Positions 1 to 12,992 are shown, counted from the whole stretch's first letter. The stretch is 63,734 bases of DNA, filler included, from Bonamia ostreae (GCA_040357525.1; 34 parts of 34 records of this genome joined end to end with filler, not necessarily neighbours in it); one strand, 5' to 3'. Numbers and translations: made by a program. Notes: a model not told the origin generated them from the letters alone.

Positions 1-158
1 TAAAACAAATTTTGCAATTTTGATATTTTCGTCTTAAAACAAATTTTGCAATTTTGATATTTTCGTCTTAAAACAAACTTTTGCAATTTTGATATTTTCG
101 TCTTAAAACAAATTTTGCAATTTTGATATTTTCGTCTTAAAACAAATTTTGCAATTTT
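1..158. repeat. 34-bp tandem repeat, about 4.6 copies, probably intronic
   Basis: Unit TAAAACAAATTTTGCAATTTTGATATTTTCGTCT starts at 1, 35, 69, 104 and 138; lies upstream of an AG acceptor at 214-215. Confidence 0.9.
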
Positions 159-215
159 AGACCAACTTTATTCTAAAATTTTATAATAAACAAATTTAAA
201 AATTTTAAATTAAAG

Positions 216-679
216 GGAATTTTGGACGAATTGTATCCAAAATCTTACAGATTTAAAAACGACACAATTTTCCGAATATTAATAATCATTTTTCAGGTGG
301 TTACAGTTATTTTCTTCTCGCCGTTAAGCGATTCCAAAGCAATTTTTAGTTTTCCCAATTATACCGATTACTCTAAACGACTAGTTTTCGTTCTTAGCTC
401 GTGGGCATGGTTTAAAATTTAGTAAAATTTCTGAATTTCAACCATTTCTACTAATTTAGCAAAATTTGTAAATCTAATAAAAGGATATTGTTGTTGTTCA
501 ACAATTTCAAAGTTTTGTGCAAAGAAGAAGACGGCAATGACATAATTCGAAACATGAACAACAACACGATCGTTCTCTACGTTTTCCATTACCTTTTTAT
601 TGCTCTGACAAATGTTCTTTTTTGCATTTTTAGAAGTTTTTTGTCGTTCCACTTGGACTGTCATTCAAATCTGCCTTAA
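216..679 (+). CDS. 3' exons of a multi-pass membrane protein (possibly acyltransferase-3-like)
   Basis: Two ORF segments joined by a GT-AG intron (about 410-484); hydrophobic segments plus SWAW and LYVFHYLFI motifs. Confidence 0.4.
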
Positions 680-991
680 TATCCCATTTATTGATTGTAA
701 GTTCTTTAAGCTTCTTGATTTATGTTATAATTCTAAAATTTGCGTTTTTGAGATGGATTTTCGGAATTAAATAAGATTTTTGAAAAATAATAAATGTTTT
801 TATATTCACGCATTTGAAAATTATTTGAAAAATCAAAATATCAAAATAAAATATCATTCAAAAACAAATCTTAAAATGAACAATTATTTATTCATGCAAA
901 CTTATATAAATGTAATCACTACCGCCATTTTAGAAAATATATTAAATTAAGTAAATATATCAAATATATTTGTTTCTTATAATACACATCG

Positions 992-1790
992 TTGAAGCTC
1001 CAAATGATCCTAAAAAACACAACGCCTTATAATAAAGCGCAGCAGATCATGTATGAAAAACTGCTGTCGTCTTACAATCCTCTGAGAGCGGAATGTCTGG
1101 TTTCCGCTTGGATCAATTACCACCACTTCAGATGCAAATATAATCCAGAAGTCGGTAAAATCAATTGTAAAATTAAGAAAAAATAATTGAACAATTTCCC
1201 CATCCCAAGACACTCCAAAAAAACGAGGACGAGTCTTTCCCTGAAAATTTTGTGTTTGAAGCTTTTCCTAAAAGTCTAAATGGTAATTTGCAAATAATTT
1301 AAAATTCTTAAGATAACAACAATTCGCATAATAATGTTCAAATGAACAAAAACTGGGTTCGTAATTACAGTAGCGTTGCCAATCGTTTTAACGTGCAAAA
1401 TCGATTTGACCAACAAAATCGATTTAATGAACAAAACCGTTTTAACGTGCAAAATCGATTTAACCAACAAAATCGATTTAACGAACAAAATCAATTTGAC
1501 CAACAAAATCGATTTAACCAACAAAATCGATTTGACCAACAAAATCGTTTTAACGAACAAAATCAATTTGACCAACAAAATCGTTTTAACGAACAAAATC
1601 AATTTGACCAACAAAATCGATTTGACCAACAAAATATTTTTAACGAACAAAATCGATTTGACCAACAAAATCAATTTGACCAACAAAATCGATTTGACCA
1701 ACAAAATATTTTTAACGAACAAAATCGATTTGACCAACAAAATCAATTTGACCAACAAAATCGATTTGACCAACAAAATATTTTTAACGA
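992..1790 (+). CDS. Hypothetical protein fragment with a C-terminal Q/N-rich hexapeptide repeat
   Basis: Protein-like exon 992 to about 1150 followed by ORF 1342-1790 made of [QEV]QN[RQI]F[DN] repeats; exon linkage not established. Confidence 0.4.
1381..1790 (+). repeat. 18-bp tandem repeat (CAACAAAATCGATTTGAC and variants), about 23 copies
   Basis: Visible directly; runs off the contig end. Confidence 0.95.
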
Positions 1791-1890
1791 NNNNNNNNNN
1801 NNNNNNNNNNNNNNNNNNNNNNNNNNNNNNNNNNTTAATTAATTAANNNNNNNNNNNNNNNNNNNNNNNNNNNNNNNNNNNNNNNNNNNN
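1791..1890. other. Artificial contig spacer (44 N + TTAATTAATTAA + 44 N); first of 33 identical spacers
   Basis: Identical 100-bp unit recurs about every 1.88 kb and puts stops in all six frames; intervening contigs fall steadily in length from 1790 to 1762 bp. Confidence 0.99.
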
Positions 1891-2100
1891 AATTTGGCAA
1901 TAAAAATGGCAGTAAAAACAAAAATGGTCAATAAAAATGGCTATAAAAACATTAAATTTGGCAATAAAAATGGCAATAAAAACATTAAATTTGGCAATAA
2001 AAATGGCAGTAAAAACAAAAATTGTCAATAAAAATGGCTATAAAAACATTAAATTTGACAATAAAAATGGCTATAAAAACAAAAATTTGACAAATAAAAA
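1891..2100. repeat. Degenerate AAAATGGC(A/T)ATAAAAAC minisatellite inside a coronin intron
   Basis: Repeated motif lies downstream (minus strand) of the GT donor at 2147. Confidence 0.8.
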
Positions 2101-2147
2101 CATTGCAACAAAAATAGCAATATTTGCAAAATTTTTTCAATAAAAAC

Positions 2148-3130
2148 CCGAAAGAAACAGAATATCGTTCCCTTCTTCAAAATAAGGGAAGAATTTGGAC
2201 GTCTGGCGGTCGAGCCGCTTTTTGAGGAAGGCCTCTTCGATTTTCCTCAAATCAAAGAAAGCCAGTTCTCGATAAGAATCCTTCGTGAAGCCGACCGACC
2301 CAATCATGTTCCGATTGTTGAGCCAAAACACTCTCGACATCTTCTTGTTCTCGTGCCCGATCGTGGACAACACACTCGCGTTCTCGTCGCGCGGATCAAG
2401 GATGCGGATCAGTCTGTCTTGACAGGAACTGCCGAAGTAGCGCCCATTATCGTTCCAGACGATCGAGTAGACCAAGTCTTCGTGGTCTTCGATCACGATC
2501 GCCTCTTCGCCTACTTCGACGTCCCAGATGATGACTTTCTTGTCGGCGCTGGAGGAGGCGAGCACGTTGTTTGCGGTGTTGTGCCAGGAGAGGTCTGTGA
2601 CTTTTTTGGAGTGCCCGTTGAGCAGAACGTCCTCCTTCATGATGTTGTCGGTCATCTCCTCCGGGAAGTTGCAGACGCGGACGGAGCAATCGTCAGAAGA
2701 CGATGCGATGATGTTGTCGTTGAATTTGCTGAAGGAGAGTTCGAGGATTCGCGCGGTGTGGTATTTGAACAGGGGGTGTTCTCTTTGGATTCTGCCGGTA
2801 TCTTCGAGATTGTGAACCATGAAAGATCCGCCTCCGCCGGCTGATTTTTTTGTTCATAAATGTTTTTTTTGTTTTGTAAATGTTTTTATTTTGTTTTGTA
2901 AATGTTTTTATTTTAAGCGCAAAAATTTTTGATAAAGGGGAATTGGAAGTACCTTGAATGGGGACAGCCCAATATTTGCCGTTAGTGGCAATATGTTGGG
3001 AGTCTCCAAAAACATCGGGGTTGATGTCGGTGTAACAATTTGTGTTGGTTGCAGTTTCATGGAAAATGTGTCTATATTTGGATTCTCTGGGCAAAGTTCT
3101 TTAGAAATTAAATGTAAAGCAAAACGCCAT
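2148..3130 (-). CDS. Coronin (WD40 actin-binding protein), 5' part; exons 3130-3126, 3098-2953, 2840-2148
   Basis: Spliced start MATLPRESKYRHIF (coronin SK[FY]RH[VI]F motif), AGGGGSF, WD40 repeats (HTARILELSFS...IASSSDDCSV; GHSKKV..WH...NVLASSSADK..IIWDV); GT-AG introns of 27 and 112 nt. Confidence 0.92.
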
Positions 3131-3267
3131 TTCGAAAGTTGAGATTAAAAGTTCAGATAGAATAATTTTAACCAAACAGAAGCGATCTAATAAGGATATG
3201 CGATATGTTTTCAATATAAAGCGGTTATAATTGTCTTAACCGTAATAAAATTTAGTTTTTTGGTATT

Positions 3268-3680
3268 ATGATTTTTGGAGTAGGAATTGATTTTGTAAAG
3301 AATTCGCGAATTTGCAGACTGGTGCAAAAACACAACCGCAGATTTCTCTTAAAGGTTTACTCGCCATTGGAGATTAAACATTTTAACGAGAACAACCAGA
3401 ATATCAATTTTTTAGCTTCTCGTTTTTTCCTTAATATTAAGATGGGCGGTCAAAGAAGCGACCGTAAAAGCTTTAAACAAGAAATTCGACTTTAATGAGA
3501 TAGAAACGACGTCGTTATTAGAAGGTTCGAACTTTTAAGCCGAACTTTAAAAGGAACACCGATTCTGAAACTTAGCGGAAAAGCAAAGCTATATACGGAG
3601 AACCTCAAAATTAAAAACAAAAGTTTGTCGATCACACACGAAACAGAGAACAGTGCGGCAGTAGTGATTTTAGAAAAATA
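3268..3680 (+). CDS. acpS: AcpS-type 4'-phosphopantetheinyl transferase (holo-ACP synthase)
   Basis: MIFGVGIDFV start; after splicing FLASRWAVKEATVKAL, GTPIL and LSITHE...AAVVILE; introns about 3423-3441 (non-canonical, see findings) and 3525-3553 (GT-AG); stop codon cut off at the contig end. Confidence 0.9.
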
Positions 3681-6276
3681 NNNNNNNNNNNNNNNNNNNN
3701 NNNNNNNNNNNNNNNNNNNNNNNNTTAATTAATTAANNNNNNNNNNNNNNNNNNNNNNNNNNNNNNNNNNNNNNNNNNNNATCGTTTTGATTTCTGTATA
3801 GAGCAAATATTCAAGAATTCATAGCAAGAGACTGGACAACGCTGTTAAAGTGTTTGTAAATTAGATATAAGTACACGTCGTAGCGAAATGTACTTTATTA
3901 ATGGCAAATTAACAGCTTTAAATTGTTGTTGATATAACTAGCAATTGATGAATTGTAACTCACAAGGGTGAACATTGGAGTTTTGCTTTCACTTGCGCTC
4001 AGCTTCCTCGATAGAGAAATTACAAGAGATGGAGAACCTTGAATTGATCATTGTTCATTATTTTCTCATTTTTGCATTTCATTTTATGCATTGTATTAAA
4101 ATCAACATGTTTATTTCAGATCATTATTTGAAGTAAAACTATTCGACATGTTCACCAACGAAAACTACACTTGTGGTACTAAGGATGGTATGCATGCTTC
4201 TCTATTGTTCATATCGATGGAAATTATTGAAAAATATATTTTATACTCTGTAGGTACCTGTTTCAAACCTACCATTTAATATTACAATTTCAGATTTCAG
4301 AGCATACACCATAGTATGCTTTGTTACTGTCATCTGGCAGATTGTTGGTATATGTTGTTTATTCAAATGGCTGTCTGGTATGTATTTCACAACAATGTTG
4401 TCTTTAAAAAGCGGTTTTTTTTTATAAAGCTGAAACGATGAAAGTAACGTGTTATATTTCATTTTAGGCATCGGGCGGAATTTGAGGCTCTCTATAAAAG
4501 GATTTGATACACTTTGGTGCCCCATGAACTTTGGAGGATTCTATAGTAGAATGTGTATGTATATAGAAGCCCTAAAGTTATACCAGATGGATCGATTTTA
4601 TCAGAATACTCGTACCTTATAAAACTAGTTCTAATTACACTGTATAACGGAGACCGATACACATGTTCCCCAAATATTCCCCAGTTACCAACTGGTGCAA
4701 TTCATTTTAGTAAGGATTAAAGTATTCAGAAGAAAGAAGTCAATTAATTAACTTTAAAAACAATACACGTGCGTGTTAGCACATTTATTTCAGCACAACG
4801 AATGATCCCTTGTAGTAGTTTCTTGTAGTATGTACCTATGGTGTCAATGACATTCCATATTCTTCACTCCTATGAAAAAACCCATTAAATATTAGCCAAT
4901 GAAAAATGAGAAGCAGTTAAATGCTTTTGAAGGCACCAATCGGAAGTGTCCAAACATGTTTGCAACATAAATAAAAATATTGATTGATATCTAGAAATGT
5001 TGTACCAATATTCGATTTTTGACGTTCAAATGAAATGCACACATATTCACGCACCGGCGAATACGATTTCATTTTCCTTATTTGTATAATTTAAAAGTTA
5101 TGGCTATTTTAGTTTCAAAAATTGAAAAAAAAGGCAATGGATGTGCATATACGCGAACATAGATATGACTCATCAATGTATTTGATATCGCTGTCATAAG
5201 ACAGTGATACTCGAACGCAAGTGTTTGCCTCCGCCATATCACGTGTAGCTAAGACAGAAACCACAGCAGTTATTTTATAATAATATATTGTATTTTATAA
5301 ATTACAATTGCACTTGGATATGAAGGATTACATTTAGCATAAATTACGAAGATGAGATACATGATCGCTACATTGTCAGAAATTACATTCATCATTTGAT
5401 TTCGGATGTTGTACTTTATACATCACAAAGCGCTGCCAAATGGTAACAATGTTATACTATTTAGACAAGGTAATAAGAATGTGGTCATCTGTTTGAAAAT
5501 ATAGTGGTAAGGTAATACAACATTTCCTCTTATGGCAGTATTTCATATAATTCACAACTTAATAAAGAATNNNNNNNNNNNNNNNNNNNNNNNNNNNNNN
5601 NNNNNNNNNNNNNNTTAATTAATTAANNNNNNNNNNNNNNNNNNNNNNNNNNNNNNNNNNNNNNNNNNNNGGAGTGTTAACTTAGAATTGGGTCTTTAAC
5701 AAAGCAATATCTAGCATTATTAATGAACAATATTTAGATTTACACAAACGTCTTGAAGAAAAGTAATTGAGTAACGCTACATCTCTTCCAATGATATTTT
5801 TATGGCTCTTTTTATTGACCATAAGATCAGAGTCCGAATAAATTTGGATGGTAAACAACATATCTTCTATTTTTGTAAATTCCAGCACCATCAAAAAGTA
5901 GTAATAGTGTCTTAGTATCCCAACACATTGAATAATAATGTGAATGTATAACTTAATACCGGATCCCAGTATCCTTGAGGTACGACGACCTCAAGTTCCG
6001 GAAATTACGGGTTCCAGGCGGAAGCGGCACGCGCTCAGCAATCTAAACATTTTTGTTCTTTTTACAGGATCATGTATCTTCTGATACTCTATAAAATGAA
6101 TTGAAATACTACAAAGATTTACCCATCCGTTCAATTACATCTACATTCCATTCTTATTCCCGTATTTTTATCAGTATTAGTACTCACTCAATTGTGACAA
6201 TGTAATCAAACCACTAGCTTCCCTTTGATTACAACAACTCAATATCATGCTAGGTAGGCATTTTAATCATTTAACT

Positions 6277-7077
6277 TTAAAGGAGGGCTATGACGGAAGT
6301 TGCACACCATTTAGGATAATGCTTACTTTCTTCCTTTAATCTCAATATCTCTTTACCGTAATGGGCCAAATTAGCATGACTAAAATTACTTTCTACTTGG
6401 ACGGGCAAGAGGACGGGGGTATTGGTCAGCTTTACTACAATTGATACCTTTTCCTTTTTTAAATATTTTAACAAATATTCTGACGATGCTCTGTCCATAT
6501 AACATCTACATCCTTGAACTGGACATGGAACGACATGCTGAATGCAATCTTCACAGGAAATGTGACCGCATATCTTCATATGAAAATCTGACTATAGATG
6601 GATGGAAGTGTTATATAATTATTTTTCATATGTACATGTCGTACACATTTTCTATAGCTGTGACTGAGTCAATGATTGTGGTTTTTTTAGTTTGATTTCA
6701 TTGAAAGTATCTGTAGCAATATTGAATTGGTTTATATAGTTTTGAACGTTTGAGATGCTGATTACTTACGTTCTTTTTGCAGCAGATTTGGCATTGTTCT
6801 TTACGTCTCTGTAATTGAAATATAAATTATATTGAGGATTATTTTTAATGAAAGACAAGTTATATCATTGGTTAAATATGACGTTCATTTGAATGTTCAA
6901 TACCGAACTTAATGGTGTCTCCGATTTTTTCTTTCCTTGGGACTTATCAACGTTATCGCATTCTAGCATTGGACATAACAAAATGGTCCTGGATTTCAAA
7001 CTGGTGTGCAGGCAGGATTCGCAAATTTTATGTCCACATCCTACCTCTTTTAATATAGCCTTCAAGTTAAAAAACAA
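6277..7077 (-). pseudogene. Two RING-finger-like ORF fragments in a host-like contig
   Basis: CGHISCEDC...PCPVQGC and CGHKICESC...LCPMLEC; fragments separated by stops with no clear exon structure. Confidence 0.4.
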
Positions 7078-7558
7078 ACGAAAACAATATCATTTAGCCA
7101 ATGCTATTATTCCGCATTAGTTCTATTTGCTATAACGATTAACAACATCAATCAAATTTGCGTAGAAATGTTTCATCATACATGTGTCCGATCCATATGT
7201 TTTTGCTCCGTTTTGAAAATGCCTGTATATTGATGAGACCCTACCTCAAAGAATAGTATATCAAACATATAACTAGCTATCTAGCATACAGCAGGGTGAA
7301 CGTAGCTACCCACTGTTGGTGACTATTAAGTATTCATCCACTTTCTTGTGTGAATTCGAAGAAAGTACTCGAATATCCGAACAAATATATTTTCCGAAAA
7401 ATCCATGTATTTGGCTTAAAATTAATTTTTCAATTTCCAATAGTTAACGTTACAGGGGNNNNNNNNNNNNNNNNNNNNNNNNNNNNNNNNNNNNNNNNNN
7501 NNTTAATTAATTAANNNNNNNNNNNNNNNNNNNNNNNNNNNNNNNNNNNNNNNNNNNN

Positions 7559-9220
7559 TGTTCTGGATCTATTGAAAATTGCTCTTCGGATTCTTTGAAA
7601 TAATGGATTGTTCCCCCTTTTATATAAAAGCTAAATTTTAAAAATAAAAAATTGGATAAAATTTAAAAAAAGACTAAATTTTAAAAATAAAAATTGGATA
7701 AAATTAAAAAATCCAAATTTTGTACCGGTGTTTTTATCCAATTTGCTAATTTTTTTCTGACTACTTTTCGAAAAAATGTTAAAAATGGTTTCCGTTCTTT
7801 TCTGAAAACCGTTTGAAAAATCATTTAATAAATTATAACTTCCTTTGCTGAACTTGTTTATAACAGCTTTTTTATATTAAAATTTAGCTTCGAAAATTTT
7901 TTAACCATTGCATTCAGTAATATCGTCTTTAGTGACAAAATCCAAGAAATTGACAAATTCTTTTGAACCGAAAAGTTTTAATATTTTGGATTTTTTAGTT
8001 TGTTTTGGCTAAATTTTATTAAAAAAAACTTTTTTTGTGTAGAAGTTTCTATATGTGAAAGGACCTCGATAAAGCCAGTCTCTTGATTTGAAATCATATT
8101 CCAGAAATTCTAAAACAGCTTCTTCCCTCAAAAAATTTTTTAATTCGATATTTCCGTTTTCTAAGAATTGCGATCTTATCTATTAATCGTTAAAATTTAG
8201 CTTTTTCGAAAAATATTTTTTCATTATTTACAGCGATATTTTGAAAAAAGCAATTTATCTCCAATAAATAAATTTGCTAAATTTAATTTTTCAAATGAAC
8301 AGATTTTGTATTAAAAACTTGAAGTTTGGCATTTTGGTCAAAATAAAAAGGATTTAAACACAATTTAAAAAAATCGTTTTCTTCAAATTTTATTGTTTTG
8401 GAAAAATAGTTTTTACTATCAAAAATCGGTTTTGGAATATCCTGTTTTTCCGAAGAATGGTACCATCCTCTTTAAATTATTATAAAAACGTTATGCTCAG
8501 TCTTATTCTATCTCCGCTAACTTCTTGGACTCGGTGAAAGCTTTTTCTGGAAACCTCAAAAAACGCTAATGAATTGAAAGTCGGTTTGATATTTTTAAAA
8601 TTTTGATCGGGAGGTTCAAGACTGTTTTCAAATAATTGAAGATATCCGCCGTCTTTTATAAATTTCAAGTGAACCAGAAATCGTCCAATCTAGAGAAGTC
8701 AGATAATAAATAAACGCGATTTTGCGAGTGGATAGACAATCGTCGTGGCACAACAAATAATCTCCTTTTGTATAAATTGACGCGAAAAAGTCTACTTTGC
8801 CACTTAAACCAAATCCTTTTTTAATTTAACGATATTAAAATTTGTCTTTAGAACCTGTAAACTTTGATATCATTCCAATAAAAGATTTGCTTTCTAAAGT
8901 TTCGACCAAATTTTTAATGATAGGAGTGTCTACGTGATGAAGATCGATCGACTTTTTATAGAAAAGCGTAAATTTCAAAAACCTGTTTGAACGTAAAAAG
9001 ATCAGAAGTTTTTTCGGAAAAAATTAATTTGCGCTTTTCTCTCATTTTTAGTAACTTTTTCCTCAATTTTCCTAAAAATCTAGTTAAAACTTGCAAATTT
9101 GGAATCGAAGAGATTATTAAGTACGTGGTGTCTAAAAGGCTCGTTACTGTTCCATTTGTTCCCTTTTAGTTCATTGAATTTAATAATTTTTGTTTTCCCA
9201 ATTGCTTTGTTTTTGACCAT
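7559..9220 (-). CDS. OGFOD1: Prolyl 3-hydroxylase OGFOD1/Tpa1-like 2OG-Fe(II) oxygenase, multi-exon, 3' partial
   Basis: Spliced product has EPFRH, SDLFTFKQS.DL, GDYLLCHDD, RKIAFIYYL, DGGYLQLF, FNSLAFFEVS..SFHRV.EV, RLSITGWYH; GT-AG introns including a 19-nt one at 9090-9072. Confidence 0.9.
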
Positions 9221-9827
9221 TAAGTTTTCCCAATTTCTTCGGGGATTTAGTTAGCTTGACTTATTAATGTTTGCTGATAAAACATTTTGTGTGCGTTTCC
9301 TTTAACAACGAAAATGGTTAAAATCTTATCTAGAAATGGTTAAAATNNNNNNNNNNNNNNNNNNNNNNNNNNNNNNNNNNNNNNNNNNNNTTAATTAATT
9401 AANNNNNNNNNNNNNNNNNNNNNNNNNNNNNNNNNNNNNNNNNNNNCATAAAGAGTGACGTACACGGAGGTACATCAAGAGTTATCGCGCTGTTGTTGCA
9501 AACCTTACCTAAATATTTTACAAAAGTTATCTGTAATAATTATTGTCTCGATTAGAAATTAAAAGACTTTTAAAACCTATGTTTTCAGTGCTCTACCTTG
9601 TTTTAGAAATTGGTCATACGCACAAAACATGCCCTTATACGTATCAAATCAACAAAAATGTATATAAGCAGGGCATAATAAGTGATTGTACGATAACTTT
9701 GATGATGAATCTGTAATCACGGGTTTGTTAAAATGTTTCAAATAAATACACAACAGGACGGTTAATAAGGGGGTAAAATTCGGACCAAAGTATTCCAGTT
9801 TCAATCTACAAGGAATAAACATATTAC

Positions 9828-10200
9828 CATTCATCCAAATTCCGTTTTCCGTTCCACATGCGTGCGGCATCGTGGCAGTAGTCACTATATCTTCAAAAGC
9901 TCTAAACCAATCACCCCCGTCCTTAATGATGGTCCTATCGCAAATCGGTATTTCTCCCTCTCCTATACGAAAATTCGCCATTCTGATAGCATTAAATTTG
10001 ATCCATTTAGCTGACAAACATGGTTCTGCTGTCACCAGGAAATCTGAAAATTCGACAAATTGTTATTTGTGCACACATTTTTAATCTTTGAGATTAAATT
10101 GACTCACGTGTATCTTATTCTCACCAAAAATTACAGAATTACCTTTGATATTGCCCTGCCCAAAATAGAGCAAAAGCGTGAAAATCAAGTTCTGCAACAT
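9828..10200 (-). CDS. Secreted uromodulin/OIT3-like (D8C domain) protein, first two exons (metazoan host)
   Basis: Signal-peptide exon MLQNLIFTLLLYFGQG, an approximately 99-nt GTAATT...TTTCAG intron, then EPC...CD....WFR...CGT..GIWMNG followed by a GTAATA donor. Confidence 0.7.
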
Positions 10201-11333
10201 GATCGATCAGTTGGTTAAGCATCGATGACACATCAATTATATGTACACTCTATCTATGTAACTATCATTTCATTGGATGATTTAAACGTCAATCAAATAG
10301 TTTATCTTCAATTGACGGGAATTCCTTAGTCTAATGGTGCATTTACATGTTTAAACACTAGTTTAAGGAATATTTTTATGTTAACTTTTTTCATTGTTTT
10401 AGTCTAAGGTATATTTATGGGCTGCTTTGAGACATAGATCAAACATCACATTCATAAATAGTTATGCTTTAATGATATCAATCTGAAGTAAAATGTTACT
10501 CTGCAACAGTAACTCCACATTCTTCTAGTATAATAAAAGTAAGAAAACATAGTTTCTAATTGGTGTGCATGCAACAAATATGAATCATACTTTGACACTA
10601 AGACATATTATTTTATACGCAGATTAGATATCAGTATTTTAGTTTGTGTTTGAACAGTTACACAGATAGAGTCTGATAAGACGACTCTTCCAATCGAAAA
10701 CAAAAACACTCAAGGAAGTTCAAACTAATACGACTTACAACAAGGTAAAACTGATACCTTTTGTTACTTCGGAAGTGTGTGCATATTACGAATATCGGAA
10801 CACTTGCGGACGGTGGATATGAATTATCTAGTGATTTACTGCCTTTTCGTAGCTTTGAGTGCTTCGTTGGCGTTTCGTAAGTAGCATACATTTTAAAGTT
10901 CGAGTATCAAATGAAACGATTAGTCAGAAATTTGAAATTCGTGAAAGCATTGTTGCATTCTTGATGAAGTTAACAAATGTAACGTATACAGCGATTAAGA
11001 TGTTTCCATTACACTTACTTCGACTTTACTTGTATCCCTAATCAATGTTCTATTTTGAAGTCCTCAGAAATACAGGGGCATGGGTAATTATGAATACACG
11101 ATATAGACGTACGTGTATATCCCGATTTCCATGGTTTTTTTCAATTCTTCAATGAGGAGAGGTTTTATATTGATTTACATATATTCCTTACAGGAGTTAA
11201 AAGCTTGGTCACTGTTCGTTATCTTCACTTTTTNNNNNNNNNNNNNNNNNNNNNNNNNNNNNNNNNNNNNNNNNNNNTTAATTAATTAANNNNNNNNNNN
11301 NNNNNNNNNNNNNNNNNNNNNNNNNNNNNNNNN

Positions 11334-11641
11334 CAAGTAAAGGGCTACATCATCTTTTAAAGGGTGATAATAAAGGATTAGTACAAATTTAATTCCATCT
11401 TTCAAAAATCTCCGAAAGATCAAAGATGGGCCAGAAAAAATGAAAATTAAGTGAATCAAAACTTCTTAACATAAAGTAGATTAAAGTTTGTTCAATTCAT
11501 GCCCCCTGGTTGTAGGATTGGGTCACAAAAGGAGAGCAAAATTTTCACAGGAATACATTGTATATTAGAAAAAAATCTGTTAATGAAGAACAACAGTACC
11601 ATAGTGACCCAGGCGAGCAGTGTGGTTCATGGGTAGGCCTT
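11334..11641. repeat. Degenerate oyster-like Cg170/Helentron-associated repeat
   Basis: Resembles recalled oyster satellite motifs (AAGTTTGTTCAATTCATGCCCCC..GGGTCACAA..GGAG..CAAAATTTT) and the end motif GTGACCCAGGCGAGCAGTGTGG..CATGGG..GGCCT; not searched. Confidence 0.5.
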
Positions 11642-12846
11642 TTAAAATCTGTCAGTACCCAGTACTTTTAACAGCCCAAATCATGATTGACTTGTCAAAA
11701 TATTTGTTGTAGAAAAATTCGATAACATATATTTAATTAAAATTGCTTCCACAAGATACCTCCTATTTTTGTAGAAGTACCATTTGTTTCTAATCCTTTT
11801 GAAAGCCCTCCATGGCCTTCATTTTTAATCATTTAGTATAATAAACCATTATAAAGTAATCTTAATGAAATTTTGTATTACTTGTGCAATTAAAAAAAAT
11901 TCCTTAAATCTGTTTTTGTCCTTTCGCAACAACTTTCTTCATTTGCCATTTGATCATTTGATTGGTATCGTGCTAGGTAATTTTTTTCAAAAATTTACAT
12001 TGAACATTTTATTCAATGGACAAGTTAGAATCAGAGTTATTTAAGACATTTATAAACCTTTTATTAAATGCAAGTATTGAAGCAAGTTGTCATATCAAAC
12101 CAATTTCATGTAAGCAGTAGTGAAACTATGAAGAGTGTATCGGTCAATCCGGAATTTTCCGGTTTATGAAGCCAAGGTTTTTCTTTGTATAACTCGGAAG
12201 TCATAAATATTGGAAGGCACACTTTTCTGTAACCTATTTGTCTCGACTATTTTAAGAGTATACCAGTGTCCAACAAATTTGGTATGTATATATTAAACAT
12301 AAATAATGCTTTGAGTATATTTTGCATAAGTATTTTTGCTTTAATATTTTGGAATAATTTTGAATATTGAGATGTAAACAAACCCATGTGTGCAAATGTA
12401 CAGTATGTAACGAAAGTAATCCTCATTTTTCTACATGTTCTATGTTGTGTAAAAAATCTATTAAACTTCATAATTTAGAAAATAGGAATTATAGAAACAT
12501 GTTTATGATGCAAGAACGATAATTAATGTTTAAAGTACGCATACATTGAGTTGTTGTTATACCTTTAAACAATTGTTGCCTGTATAAATCTATACTGAAA
12601 AAGTCTAACATTTCCAATGTTTTACTGCGTGGTCCAAAATAAGTTTATGTTAGACCGTAGACTGGCTATGAGATATTGGACCTCTTACGTCGCATTGTGG
12701 GAAGGATCAGCTATAATATTTTATTTGCATTCATTGGTGTTCGGCAGTTATGGAATTGACGGAATTTGAATAACAGTTCAATAACTACATTTACTTCATG
12801 GATGTCAGCTCAAGTCATGTCCCAAAAAGTAGAGGGTATAACAAAA

Positions 12847-12992
12847 CATTTATTGACTGTGTTCTCAGGCAAAATGCATTTTACCGACCCCTCGAACCAA
12901 ACTGTTTGTCTTCAGACTAACTGCCTCGGGCAAACAATTTGGTTCTTGGGTCTGACAAAACGCATGTTGCCCTCGAACTCAGTCAATAAATG
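12847..12992. mobile_element. 146-bp imperfect palindrome, MITE-like element
   Basis: Perfect 13-bp terminal inverted repeat CATTTATTGACTG/CAGTCAATAAATG, with further nested arms (GAACCAAACTGTTTG/CAAACAATTTGGTTC). Confidence 0.6.

Noticed and set aside
1-158. 34-bp repeats as a possible CRISPR array
   Set aside because: Units are head-to-tail with no unique spacers, no cas genes are present and the context is eukaryotic; the same holds for the 38-, 67- and 96-bp arrays
2353-2844. Long antisense or alternate-frame ORFs over coronin (also over RCC1-FYVE, SLC1 and GBF1)
   Set aside because: They are shadows of GC-richer coding sequence and have no recognisable motifs of their own
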